From a virus, in IMG/VR virus record IMGVR_UViG_3300033156_000439, positions 17,824 through 81,823 of that record: a DNA stretch of 64,000 nt. One strand, given 5' to 3'. The notes below the pieces were generated by a model, which saw only the letters and a list, made by a program, of their open reading frames with translations, was not told the DNA's origin and ran no database searches. Shown here in pieces: positions 1 through 9,439 of this stretch. A program made the translations under genes and the position numbers. Every line of letters starts with the position of its first letter. Positions within the stretch are counted from its first letter, which is position 1.

Positions 1-90
1 TAAATGCCCAAATCTGACTATCGCAACATTTTGCTCGTCCTCAGGGATTCCTACTACTTCAGCGGGGGATGAAATAATAATTTCATTCAT
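1..90 (-). CDS. 5' part of an array paralog, running off the window
   Basis: Manual translation MNEIIISSPAEVVGIPEDEQNVAIVRFGHL closely matches the N-terminus of the gene starting at 603 (MKELLIATPAEVVGISKNEENTAIVRFGHL). Confidence 0.8.
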   Translation of the reverse strand, partial: MNEIIISSPAEVVGIPEDEQNVAIVRFGHL

Positions 91-603
91 TACCATATTT
101 CACACATTTCCGGTTCAAGCACCTTTCTAAACATAGTGAGTAATCCAACTCCTATGTTTTTTAAATCTTCCGGTGTTTCATTTGTATGTTTCAGAATTAC
201 TCCATTAAAATTCCAGATTTCCATCGTCTTCCACGATCTCCCGAAACGAGGAATGGTAGAAGCTTTATATAGGGAATGATTATACATCCAATACAGCTTA
301 CTGAAATCCTTCTCTGAGATAGACAACAAAAGACCTGCTCCTTTAGTAGAATAATTTCGAAAAAGATTATAAGTTTCAATTTCCTCTATTTTTCCCATGA
401 TATAGTCGATCTTTTTCTTGAGCTTGACTTCGAAGACAATATAGTAGGTATCGTTTTCGATAAAAGACACTAATTCTATTATTGACTTGATATATTTTTT
501 TTGGAAACTTGAACAAATGCCCGAATCTTACGATTGCAGTATTTTCTTCATTTTTAGAAATCCCCACTACTTCAGCAGGAGTAGCTATCAGAAGCTCCTT
601 CAT
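90..603 (-). pseudogene. Array paralog split by a frameshift at an A8 tract (ORFs 376..603 + 90..470)
   Basis: Removing one A from the A8 run (495-502) gives ...FPKKYIKSIIELVSFIENDTYY..., a ~170 aa protein ending in the family motif GVILK..EDLKNIGVGLLT. Confidence 0.75.
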
Positions 604-606
604 TTC

Positions 607-858
607 CTACGGCTCAATTCGTTCCGGCTCTCCCCATTCTGTTGCTGAAAATCCTTTCTCGCATTTTAATCGTTTCAAAATAACCGTCATCATGTCTAAA
701 AGTTGTGTTTCGCTTAGACAAGTGAATTCTCGTCCAATGGTAAATTGAATACAGTGTCCGTATTTCCGTCCTCCCACGAAGGCTGTTAAGAGTAAGTCTT
801 TACCGCCTCTGAGATCTTTCTCATCAATTGATTCGTATATCCTTATATTCTTGCTCAT
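607..858 (-). CDS. Hypothetical viral protein interrupting the array
   Basis: 83 aa ORF, co-oriented and tightly packed, lacks the family motif. Confidence 0.6.
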   Translation of the reverse strand: MSKNIRIYESIDEKDLRGGKDLLLTAFVGGRKYGHCIQFTIGREFTCLSETQLLDMMTVILKRLKCEKGFSATEWGEPERIEP

Positions 859-1030
859 CTTTCCCTCTTATCTTAATCTCATTGCCATAGGAGTATTCGA
901 GTGTAAGACCACCTTAAAATCTTGCATGATTCGCATATATTTCGCTTCTATGCAAATTTTTCTTCGACCTTAATATTTTCTATGTGCTGACTTCAAAATT
1001 TTGTTATATCACATTTATGTTGATCTGACA

Positions 1031-1510
1031 TCACATAAGGTAATCATAGTCTGCTGGAGAGAGAAGACTCAATACACCAACGCCTGTTTCGATGAGTTCC
1101 TCTTTCTTTTCGCTATCAGAAACCAAAATTACTCCTACAGTGAGAGGACTAATGCGCATTTCTCCTTTCATTCCTCCTAAATAATAATTGGTAAGACAGG
1201 ACAGATAAACGTGCAATTTGTAATCATAAGAGGCTACGAACTCAATCTCTTTGTTTACATGAACACGTATTTCTTGCAGATTAAGGGAAACTATTTCTTT
1301 CTCCAAATTGAGAAGCAAGAGGATGTTCTCATTCCTTATGCTAAATCTTGAAGGAAAGGACTTAGTTTTTGGAGAGAGACGCAAAGTATAGATTTTAGCT
1401 AAGAACTTCTCTGAGCGAGGAAGAGTAAGTCTATTTAAAATTATCAATTTAGTACTATCTTTCTCGAAGAAGAATTTGAGAGAATCTGAAACGAAAGGTA
1501 TTAGCTTCAT
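1031..1510 (-). CDS. Array paralog (MxLIPF subfamily)
   Basis: N-term MKLIPFVSDSL; C-term GVILVSDSEKKEELIETGVGVLSLLSP. Confidence 0.8.
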   Translation of the reverse strand: MKLIPFVSDSLKFFFEKDSTKLIILNRLTLPRSEKFLAKIYTLRLSPKTKSFPSRFSIRNENILLLLNLEKEIVSLNLQEIRVHVNKEIEFVASYDYKLHVYLSCLTNYYLGGMKGEMRISPLTVGVILVSDSEKKEELIETGVGVLSLLSPADYDYLM

Positions 1511-2017
1511 TTACATATACTTTTGAAGAATTTCGTCAGGTGAATAAACGCTCAACATTCCGGTACCAACTTCGATGACCTCTTCTTCATTTTCATCTTC
1601 ATCGTAAAAGACGACCATACCTGTTAGAGGAGGACTAACATGCAATTCCCCATTTCCCGCCTTATATAATTTATTATTATTATTATTATTAGTTATATTT
1701 ATTATATTATTATATATTTTATTATTATACGTACTGTGTAAGACAAACTTCATTCTTTTTTGGGCACATATCTTGAATATAGGAATAGAGACAATTGTGT
1801 AGTCTTTATTAAGAATCAACATGATCTTCTTATCTTCAATACAAAACGTTAAAGGGAGAGAGACATTGTTGATAGTCAACTTTCTTCTATAATAATAAAC
1901 TTTTCCTAAAAATCTAAAAGAATAGGAAAGATAAGTTTTGTCGATAATCTCCAGTGAAGGACTCTCTCTTGCAAAGAAGAACCTGAGTGATCTCGAAAAG
2001 AATGGTATTAATCTCAT
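1511..2017 (-). CDS. Array paralog (MxLIPF subfamily) with poly-Asn insert
   Basis: N-term MRLIPFFSRSL; C-term GMVVFYDEDENEEEVIEVGTGMLSVYSP. Confidence 0.8.
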   Translation of the reverse strand: MRLIPFFSRSLRFFFARESPSLEIIDKTYLSYSFRFLGKVYYYRRKLTINNVSLPLTFCIEDKKIMLILNKDYTIVSIPIFKICAQKRMKFVLHSTYNNKIYNNIINITNNNNNNKLYKAGNGELHVSPPLTGMVVFYDEDENEEEVIEVGTGMLSVYSPDEILQKYM

Positions 2018-2494
2018 TTATTTGTTCTCCATTACAAACTCGTATGCCTTTCGTCTTATCTCTCCTTTTGATAGTAAACAAAGATAAGCTACTCCTATCT
2101 CCTTCAGTTCTCCAGAGTTAAGCCCCTCCTCTGAAATAATGAAGACTCCCGTGATATCCAAGGCTATTGCAGCACGATAGATAGGAAAATCAAAGAGTTC
2201 TTTAAAATCTGCAAGCTTCTTTCCATACGTTTCCAAAGTCATATATAAGTAATCACGTCTGGAAGTCGAGTATTTCAATAAATCTAAATGACAAACTCTG
2301 AATAAGCACAATTTCTTTCTGAATCGAATTAGAAAGTATATATTTTTATGTTTATCTGAAATTATGCACTTTGCTTTTCTTACAAGAATCGAAGGATATT
2401 CTGGAAGAAGCGGATTGGTCTCAATCCAGAACGTAATACTTTCGTTTTCTACTTCTATCTTTACTGTGTCCGAAAAGAAGGGTATTAGTTCCAT
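2018..2494 (-). CDS. Array paralog (MxLIPF subfamily)
   Basis: N-term MELIPFFSDTV; C-term GVFIISEEGLNSGELKEIGVAYLCLLS. Confidence 0.8.
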   Translation of the reverse strand: MELIPFFSDTVKIEVENESITFWIETNPLLPEYPSILVRKAKCIISDKHKNIYFLIRFRKKLCLFRVCHLDLLKYSTSRRDYLYMTLETYGKKLADFKELFDFPIYRAAIALDITGVFIISEEGLNSGELKEIGVAYLCLLSKGEIRRKAYEFVMENK

Positions 2495-2506
2495 CTTTCT
2501 CCAGAT

Positions 2507-3025
2507 CTATTCATCTTTTCCTGAAAGAGTCAAGTATGAAACTGCTAATTCATACACTTCTCTTTCATTCTTTATCTCACTACTCGAATAGACCAATATC
2601 AATCCTTTTAGAGGATAAGTTTGTGTGAAGTCATAGAGGTACGGATATTTCCAATTTTCAAACGGGGAAAGGGTTAGTATTAAATAACGAGTGATATCAA
2701 CGTAGCTTGGAGGAAAATTGTTATGCGCAGAAGTCGAATTAGGATTGACAACATAATAAACGTTCTCTGGAAATCCTTTTAGTGATGATGAATATTCTGC
2801 ATTTACAACACTTCTAAATTCAAAGCTATGGAGATGAAATGGCACATATCTTCCTTTCAAAATGAAGATACACGCAGCTCGTTTGTCTTTATCGATTAAA
2901 CTAATTGGCAGTTCAGGATCGGACTGATCCAATTCAAACTTAAATTGAAGACGCTGGGATGAAAAATCGAGGGATATATCGGTAGTATTCTCTTTCAATA
3001 CGCCATTAATTTTATAGGCTTCCAT
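2507..3025 (-). CDS. Array paralog
   Basis: C-term GLILVYSSSEIKNEREVYELAVSYLTL. Confidence 0.75.
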   Translation of the reverse strand: MEAYKINGVLKENTTDISLDFSSQRLQFKFELDQSDPELPISLIDKDKRAACIFILKGRYVPFHLHSFEFRSVVNAEYSSSLKGFPENVYYVVNPNSTSAHNNFPPSYVDITRYLILTLSPFENWKYPYLYDFTQTYPLKGLILVYSSSEIKNEREVYELAVSYLTLSGKDE

Positions 3026-3029
3026 TGTA

Positions 3030-3482
3030 TTACCTCACAATGGTTAAATAGGCTATTCCTAAGTTGATCAGATCCTCTTCAATCTCTTCTTCACAACTCA
3101 AGACTATTCCTTCGAATCCCCATAGCGAGAAAAGTCCTTTGATTTCAAGATCTTTATAGTTTAGAGGGGATCTGATCACTAATTCTTCTATCAATCTACT
3201 ATACTCTTCAAATTGTTTCTTTTGGAGTGGTGAAAATTCGATCCAGATGCTATACGGAAAGTGTGCAATTCCATTATGTTTGAAGCGTATAGAAGTTATT
3301 TTTCCTATTAATACTTTTTCGTTTGATAATGTAAATATTAGATAAGAGGGGACGGGTTGAGAAAGCATGTCTCTTAATTGTCTAAGGAAAGCTCTTGACA
3401 CACTCCAATTTATCGAGAACGTTTGTTTTGAATCATCCTTTCTCACTAAGACTCTAAATTCTGAAATTCGTAGAATATTCAT
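3030..3482 (-). CDS. Array paralog
   Basis: YLIF..LIGKI core; C-term GIVLSCEEEIEEDLINLGIAYLTIVR. Confidence 0.8.
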   Translation of the reverse strand: MNILRISEFRVLVRKDDSKQTFSINWSVSRAFLRQLRDMLSQPVPSYLIFTLSNEKVLIGKITSIRFKHNGIAHFPYSIWIEFSPLQKKQFEEYSRLIEELVIRSPLNYKDLEIKGLFSLWGFEGIVLSCEEEIEEDLINLGIAYLTIVR

Positions 3483-3985
3483 ATTAAGACTCCTCCATCA
3501 AGAAATAGATAAGCTGATCCGATTTCTTTTATCTCGTTAGGATTTGCTTTTCTGTGAGACTTTAAAACCAATCCACATACGTGCCAAAACTGTTGCTTAT
3601 TAAGAATGTTCTCCATTTCCGTATAGTCTATGACGTCTAACATAGAACACTTTAGGTTTATTAAGTAATACTCTTTTGATGATACTCTTGTCCATACATC
3701 TTCAAGACGGCACAAATAGAAACTGTGTGTAGAAGGTACCGCGAAGGGATGTATTAAAGAAAATAGAAAATAATGAGGGTATTTCTTGTTATTGAGATCA
3801 CTACTTATATCTAAGAGAGTTTCAAATTCACTCTTAGAGAGAATTGGTACATCAAAAGAAATTTCTTGTTCCCAAAACTTTCCTGTTTCTACTAAAGCAC
3901 TCCAGCCTTTCTTTGTTCGAAACTCGAAGATTACTTCTATTTTCCCTTTTTCTTTCTCTTTTTCTTTCTTAAAAATGTTAAACAT
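3479..3985 (-). CDS. Array paralog
   Basis: C-term GLVLKSHRKANPNEIKEIGSAYLFL. Confidence 0.8.
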   Translation of the reverse strand: MFNIFKKEKEKEKGKIEVIFEFRTKKGWSALVETGKFWEQEISFDVPILSKSEFETLLDISSDLNNKKYPHYFLFSLIHPFAVPSTHSFYLCRLEDVWTRVSSKEYYLINLKCSMLDVIDYTEMENILNKQQFWHVCGLVLKSHRKANPNEIKEIGSAYLFLDGGVLI

Positions 3986-3997
3986 ACTAATTGAGAG

Positions 3998-4609
3998 TTA
4001 TTCAAAATTTTCTTTGAGTCTTTTAAGCACAATTTGTTTTCCTAATCTTCGAGCATACACATAGAGTTCTGAAGTCTTTACTTTCTCATCTTGCAATCCC
4101 TCTTTTATACACTCTAAGCCTCCGCAATACTGGGGTTTATCGAGGCAATCAATTAAAGTCTTTTCTCGATTAGTAATCCATATTCTCGTTTCGTTTATGA
4201 AGCCACTCTGTAAGCCAAACATTTCATTTGCATGAACAATCCAAAAATCTAATCCGAGTATCTTGAGCCTCCTACTTCTCTCCGTAGTTTGAATGAATAC
4301 TGTATTCGGGATTTGACTGGTTAGACCCAAATAGCTCAGAGCGCTCCAATAAGCTATCGCATAAGGCTGAACAATCGAAGACGCTAAAATGTATTCATGT
4401 TCAGTATACTTCCCTTTCTCTGCACCCAAAGGAATTATCATGTACTTACCTCTATAAATTCGTTCTATCCATCCTGCTTTCTCAAGCTCTTGAAGGAACC
4501 TCACTATTTTCTTTCTGTTTCTCGACTCATCAAGTTCGACTGCATCTTCAATCGAAAAGACGCTTTTGTTACTTCTGACTAATTCATCTAATAATTTAAT
4601 TCTTTTCAT
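3998..4609 (-). CDS. AbiEi-family (type IV toxin-antitoxin antitoxin) transcriptional regulator
   Basis: N-terminal wHTH (LEKAGWIERIYRGKY) plus AYWSALSYLGLTSQIP and TNREKTLIDCLDKPQYCGG motifs typical of AbiEi/COG5340. Confidence 0.85.
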   Translation of the reverse strand: MKRIKLLDELVRSNKSVFSIEDAVELDESRNRKKIVRFLQELEKAGWIERIYRGKYMIIPLGAEKGKYTEHEYILASSIVQPYAIAYWSALSYLGLTSQIPNTVFIQTTERSRRLKILGLDFWIVHANEMFGLQSGFINETRIWITNREKTLIDCLDKPQYCGGLECIKEGLQDEKVKTSELYVYARRLGKQIVLKRLKENFE

Positions 4610-4630
4610 TTAAAACTAAATAGGTGTATC

Positions 4631-5014
4631 CTAAACATTTAGCGTCTTCGGGGTCAGTCCCTTGGAGAATAATTCCGTGTACTGTTTCCCATAGTATTCC
4701 TTCCCATAGACCAAGGAGTTTTTTACTGCCTCGTATTCGTTTTGATTTAAAATAGTTCCTTCCAAGTCTGCTATGAGTAATGTTTTCTTCCTTCTTACTA
4801 CGCGAATATCATCCAATTGACAAATAAATAAGTTAATATCTTCTCTTTTTATGTTAAATACGAGATAGTAAATAAATTTTTTAAGTTTTCTTTTTATCTT
4901 CAAGAGTAAATCTCTTTCTGCTTGGCTTATTACGATAGTTATTGCCACTCCCAGAATTTTATTTCTGTTTAAGCCTATTTCTCCATCAAATCTTTCGAAC
5001 TCAAATTCGATCAT
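4631..5014 (-). CDS. Array paralog, C-terminally truncated
   Basis: Has the YYLVFNIK..LFICQL core but lacks the C-terminal motif; ends just before the AbiEi gene. Confidence 0.6.
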   Translation of the reverse strand: MIEFEFERFDGEIGLNRNKILGVAITIVISQAERDLLLKIKRKLKKFIYYLVFNIKREDINLFICQLDDIRVVRRKKTLLIADLEGTILNQNEYEAVKNSLVYGKEYYGKQYTELFSKGLTPKTLNV

Positions 5015-5604
5015 ATCCTGTCATCCTCATTTAAGAGTAAATAAGCATACCCCAAATTTTTAATGTCTTCACGACTCTCTTCCTCCGTCTTAAGTAGTAA
5101 TCCTTTCATGTCCCACGCTTCAACTCTCCATTCTCTTCTGTGATTCCGAGAAGTTTCGGCTATACCAAACGCTGACTGTGACATCGTAGTAGTCATCTCT
5201 TCCATGTAATTGCAACCTGAAAAGTAAATCGAACGCATTGATTTAGTCAGGTCCTCATGTTCTTTTTCTTCCATCTCAAGTGTTAACTCGATGATTGCTA
5301 ATGGATCCAACACGGAGTATCTCGGTTGGGATAATATATTCCCCTTTAATAATTTTCCGACGAAACAATTTTCTTTAAAAAGAAACACTAAATAGTAATT
5401 ATCGATGCCAAACGTAGTTTCATTTATAACTTCCCTTGTATTGTGTAGAAATTTACTGTTGTACTTGTGAATAAAAAATGATATATTAAGATAACTCGTA
5501 TCCTCTTTTATGTATGATTTTAGTAACGCTCTCCATGAGGATATGAATAAAGAGTTCATTTTACAAGCCTTTCCCCAGCAATGTGTATCAATTGCCTCAT
5601 TCAT
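5011..5604 (-). CDS. Array paralog
   Basis: YYLVFLFKENCFVGKL core; C-term GLLLKTEEESREDIKNLGYAYLLL. Confidence 0.8.
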   Translation of the reverse strand: MNEAIDTHCWGKACKMNSLFISSWRALLKSYIKEDTSYLNISFFIHKYNSKFLHNTREVINETTFGIDNYYLVFLFKENCFVGKLLKGNILSQPRYSVLDPLAIIELTLEMEEKEHEDLTKSMRSIYFSGCNYMEEMTTTMSQSAFGIAETSRNHRREWRVEAWDMKGLLLKTEEESREDIKNLGYAYLLLNEDDRI

Positions 5605-6143
5605 TTCAGATAAGTAATATAACCCACCATGAGTCTCTTAATGTCTTCTAACGTTTCATTCTCCTTTTTCTTGATGACTATGCCCATGAATGAGAACATG
5701 TTTGATCGCATCCATCCTTTCTGAATTCTTCGTGTGATTGAATCCCACCACTTTCCTATTCCAGTAACTTCAGAGGAAAAGAAATACGAAGAGGCAGTAA
5801 ATTTAAACATTGCAAGTAACCTCATAAATTTGTCTCGGTCACAAGACGCGAGGAACAATCTTATGATAGCATCGTCCTCGTCAGGATATACTTTACACAT
5901 TTGGAGAGAAGAACTTAGTATTCGAAAGAGCAAGATATGATTTTTAAATCCGTCTGAGATTTCAAGACATAAATACGCATCTGCTGAAGATTTACTGAGA
6001 TCTTTAATTTTTTGTATTATTTCTGGATCAAAAGTCGGAAATGTTAATTCAACATAATTCGGAATACGCTTATCAACGAGGAATACTGCCGTGGCTGTCT
6101 TTATGAGAATTATATCATTATTTATTGGCTCAATCGTTTTCAT
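5601..6143 (-). CDS. Array paralog (closest to 6140..6673)
   Basis: GKWW..I..GWMRS; C-term GIVIKKKENETLEDIKRLMVGYITYL. Confidence 0.8.
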   Translation of the reverse strand: MKTIEPINNDIILIKTATAVFLVDKRIPNYVELTFPTFDPEIIQKIKDLSKSSADAYLCLEISDGFKNHILLFRILSSSLQMCKVYPDEDDAIIRLFLASCDRDKFMRLLAMFKFTASSYFFSSEVTGIGKWWDSITRRIQKGWMRSNMFSFMGIVIKKKENETLEDIKRLMVGYITYLK

Positions 6144-6673
6144 AAGCAGGTAAGATATCCCAATCCTAACCTTCTTAAGTCCTCTAAAGTTTCACTTTGT
6201 TTTTTTCTAATGACTACTGCTTTAAAAGGAAAGATGCTTGATCTTACCCATCCTTTTTTAATCTTATACGATATTAATTCCCACCATTTGCCAGTGGTAG
6301 TCACTGGTGAAAATAAAGGACTTGAGATAGAAAAGGGGAAACTTTTAATCAATTTGGTGAAATCGTCATCATCAAGCGGACTAAGATAAAATCTGACTAT
6401 GGAATCGTCTGTATTGGAATTTATTTCTAAGGGTTGTAGAGTAAAATCTTCTATTTTAAAGAGAAAGTTTAATTCTTTACCTCTCGGATTCTGAAATGCA
6501 GAACTCAAATACAAATCTGAGAAGTTTGAGACATTAAGTAAATTTCGTAATTGGTAAATAGCATTTGGATCATCGCACGGAAAACTCAGATCTATATAGT
6601 CCCTAAAGTGTTCATTGACAAGGAAGAGTGCAACAGAGTTACTCATCTGAATTACGTCCATTTCCTTCGACAC
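6140..6673 (-). CDS. Array paralog (closest to 5601..6143)
   Basis: GKWW..I..GWVRS; C-term AVVIRKKQSETLEDLRRLGLGYLTCL. Confidence 0.8.
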   Translation of the reverse strand: MSKEMDVIQMSNSVALFLVNEHFRDYIDLSFPCDDPNAIYQLRNLLNVSNFSDLYLSSAFQNPRGKELNFLFKIEDFTLQPLEINSNTDDSIVRFYLSPLDDDDFTKLIKSFPFSISSPLFSPVTTTGKWWELISYKIKKGWVRSSIFPFKAVVIRKKQSETLEDLRRLGLGYLTCL

Positions 6674-6681
6674 AGTTATGT

Positions 6682-7119
6682 TTACAATAAAGTGAGGTAT
6701 GCCGTCCCTATGTTTTTGATCTCGTTAGTCTTTTCTCCTTTAATTTCAAATGCTACTCCTTTGAATTCACTTGTGGCAAATGTCCACTCCTTACTGTCGA
6801 AGGGGTTATGGTGACACGATAAAGATTTTACCTCTTCACTGCTAAGAGTTATTTTGAATGATAAACTCAATGGTGGAGTAATAAAGCGAGAATAAAACGG
6901 ATCATATTGAAAATCGGTCTCCACTCCGTTGCGAATCTTCCCAATGTATATTTTCTTCTTCAACTTAAAAACCAGATATTTATTTTGAGATTCTTTTTTC
7001 ATGTACTCTTTGAGTTCCTCAAAGTATTTGCTTCATCCCCAAAAATATATCGTGATCAAACCCTCCCGTTTAATTCGATTGATCCTCAGATGTGCTTTAT
7101 ATCCAGATACACGGATCAT
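6682..7119 (-). pseudogene. Array paralog with an in-frame TGA at codon 29
   Basis: ATG at 7119 with a purine-rich RBS is in frame with ORF 6682..7002: MIRVSGYKAHLRINRIKREGLITIYFWG*SKYFEELKEYMKK...; TGA at 7033-7035; C-term GVAFEIKGEKTNEIKNIGTAYLTLL. Confidence 0.7.
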
Positions 7120-7134
7120 TATTCTTCTCTCCCT

Positions 7135-7589
7135 CTACGTTATAGAACTCTCGATATCCTCAGGTGAAAGGACTGCCAATATTCCCCTGCTCACCTCAAT
7201 CGCTTCTGCCTCTTCGTTTTCACTGTAAAATGTTAATGTGCCAGTAATCACATCAGAAATTCTAATTTCTCCGTCGAACGAGAATCCACACCGGTCTAAG
7301 AGGGATTGTTGACGACTTCTTGCTATGAACATTCTCCATAGACGCCATCGTATACAATCTATTGGGAGAGCAATTATCTTGCGTTTCGTTTTCAGTATAG
7401 CCAAAGCGGGTTCAGGATTGAATTGAAAATGGAGTGGTAGTTTTTGCTTTTCTCTTCGTTTAATAATTCGTAAATTTGAGATAGAAATTTTTCGGTTATT
7501 AAACGATGATAGTCTACAAGATAGAGTTTATCATCATCTTTGAATCTTAACTCCAAATATTCGGTGATAAAAGGGACTATCTTTATCAT
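7135..7589 (-). pseudogene. Array paralog split by a frameshift (ORFs 7392..7589 + 7135..7404)
   Basis: N-term MIKIVPFITEYL. After about 7440 the alternative frame reads KLPLHFQFNPEPALAILKTKRKIIALPI, aligning with SLPLTFCIEDKKIMLILNKDYTIVSIPI of 1511..2017. Confidence 0.7.
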
Positions 7590-8821
7590 GCACTTCTTCC
7601 CTTTCCTCCTTCGTAAAAGACTGTTCTTCCAAACGGAAGTTTCTGATGTCTATCTCTAAGACTGTCCGGAACCAGCCAAATCACTGGAAAATTTGGTGCA
7701 CTGTCTGGAGACGTGCCATACGTATCTGTAACGTATATCAAACCCCTGAGCTCTGGATATTTTTCAATCTCTTTAAAGACTGGTCTAAAGTCCGTGCCTC
7801 CTCCTCCCTTCCACTCAATCTCATCAAGTTCTTCGGGACTGTGTATCCAGTGTTTTACCTGAACTTTAGCATCACATTGAAGCAGTAATACGTTCAGGTC
7901 TCCCTTGAAATATGAGAACAAGAACTGCATTCCTGCCTTGAATTCAGAAAGTAGTTCAGTATCTATTGAGCCACTTGTATCAATGGCTACACATATCTGA
8001 AGTCTGTTCCTTCCTTTGATTTGGGGATATAGCAACGGCGGATACCGCCTTTTGTGTAATCTTTTCCAATTCCGTTTACTATAACTCCTTTCAAGTACAA
8101 AAGAAGATATAATTTCACTGATTGGAAGAGGAGGATGAAGTATGTTTAACACTTCTCTTTTTAAAGAGGCTGGTAACGTACCCTGCATGAAAGAACGTAA
8201 AAGGGACTGTCTTATCGTCCGTCCCAATGCGTCATTCTTGCTGTGTTTCCATATTTTGTGACCTTGAAGACGCTTTTTCCCTTCAGTATTTTTGCCCTTA
8301 CTATTTTCTTCCCCTTGTCTACTTTTAGGTTCTGATTGTCCTCCACTTGCAGACTGCCCACACTGGGATTGTTCTCCAATACCTTGAAAATTCTTCATGA
8401 GTTCTCTATACACTTGCTCAAACGTCTTGCCTGTATATTTTTCATCGAATAGAAAAGAGGACGGTAAATGTCCAAACTCCTCTTTAATTATAGCGTTGGT
8501 AACATAATCCGCTGCCATATTTGCTATTTCCCATTCTACGTCATTGGTTGCGATCTTTAGTCTTGAATCCCATACATGAGATAGAAGTATATGAAGATAC
8601 TCATGGGCTAAGTCGAATGTGAGATCACTTGGAGAAATTCTATCAAGATAATCTTCGTTCAAGTAGAAGGTCTTTCCATCAGTGGCTGCTACTTCAATTG
8701 GCACTCCTCTAAATTCCCTACCTATCTCCACTGGTATGGTAAGCACTCCTGACCAAAATGGCTTCTTCTGTAAGAACATGAATTTTGCTCGTCTTATTTT
8801 CTTGAGATAATTTTCATTCAT
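7586..8821 (-). CDS. Metallopeptidase-like + vWA domain protein (DUF2201-type)
   Basis: AATDG and LAHEYLH (HExxH) in the N-terminal domain, low-complexity linker, then MIDAS DTSGS, GGGGTDFRPVF and YVTDTYG. Confidence 0.9.
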   Translation of the reverse strand: MNENYLKKIRRAKFMFLQKKPFWSGVLTIPVEIGREFRGVPIEVAATDGKTFYLNEDYLDRISPSDLTFDLAHEYLHILLSHVWDSRLKIATNDVEWEIANMAADYVTNAIIKEEFGHLPSSFLFDEKYTGKTFEQVYRELMKNFQGIGEQSQCGQSASGGQSEPKSRQGEENSKGKNTEGKKRLQGHKIWKHSKNDALGRTIRQSLLRSFMQGTLPASLKREVLNILHPPLPISEIISSFVLERSYSKRNWKRLHKRRYPPLLYPQIKGRNRLQICVAIDTSGSIDTELLSEFKAGMQFLFSYFKGDLNVLLLQCDAKVQVKHWIHSPEELDEIEWKGGGGTDFRPVFKEIEKYPELRGLIYVTDTYGTSPDSAPNFPVIWLVPDSLRDRHQKLPFGRTVFYEGGKGRSA

Positions 8822-9072
8822 TTCTCTTCATTCAATAAACATAAAATATAGGAGTAAGAAAGTAATGAAACACGCTATCACTATATCTTCCATTATTTCA
8901 TTCTTTATGATTTCTCGTTTTATTTCTTCTATATCTATTTCTTCTATATCCGAGTCCATCTTGATTATTTCCTCAAATCCACATATATTGCATATATCAA
9001 AATTTGTGTTTATTCACGATAAATTCTATTGGCTTGAGTAAAAAATTTGCGTGAGGGTGAAATATGTGCATC

Positions 9073-9255
9073 TCACACTGAATTCTTTGCTTGTTCTATA
9101 TAGTTTTTCAATCTTTCCCATTCATCCCAGAATAGAAATATATTATCTCCTCCTACATACGTATCTCTCAATCTTAATCCTTCCTCTTCAATTTCTACTA
9201 CTATGTCTTCAAATCCCTCGTGACCTTTTATTCTACCTCGTTTTAGGATGGGCAT
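9073..9255 (-). CDS. Small hypothetical protein
   Basis: 60 aa ORF in the operon. Confidence 0.55.
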   Translation of the reverse strand: MPILKRGRIKGHEGFEDIVVEIEEEGLRLRDTYVGGDNIFLFWDEWERLKNYIEQAKNSV

Positions 9256-9439
9256 TTTGTTCCTCCTGAGTTTCTTCTATGACTTCTTCCTCCCTCTTTC
9301 CGTCCATGTCCATAAGCAGACTTCCTATGATTATAAGCATCATGCCAACAGTAAGCGGGAATTCTGTATCAAAGTACTGAATTGATAGAACTACTCCCCA
9401 AGCCAGTAAGGCTCTACCGATGCACTGAAAAAATGTCAT
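9233..9439 (-). CDS. Small membrane protein
   Basis: Two hydrophobic segments and an acidic tail; ATGA-coupled to the ATPase. Confidence 0.6.
   Translation of the reverse strand: MTFFQCIGRALLAWGVVLSIQYFDTEFPLTVGMMLIIIGSLLMDMDGKREEEVIEETQEEQNAHPKTR

Noticed and set aside
860-1030. Additional gene in the gap within the array
   Set aside because: The minus-strand frames I read contain stops; at most a decayed remnant
7033-7035. Selenocysteine or genome-wide TGA recoding
   Set aside because: TGA is a normal stop in many other genes and no SECIS was recognised; a nonsense mutation is simpler
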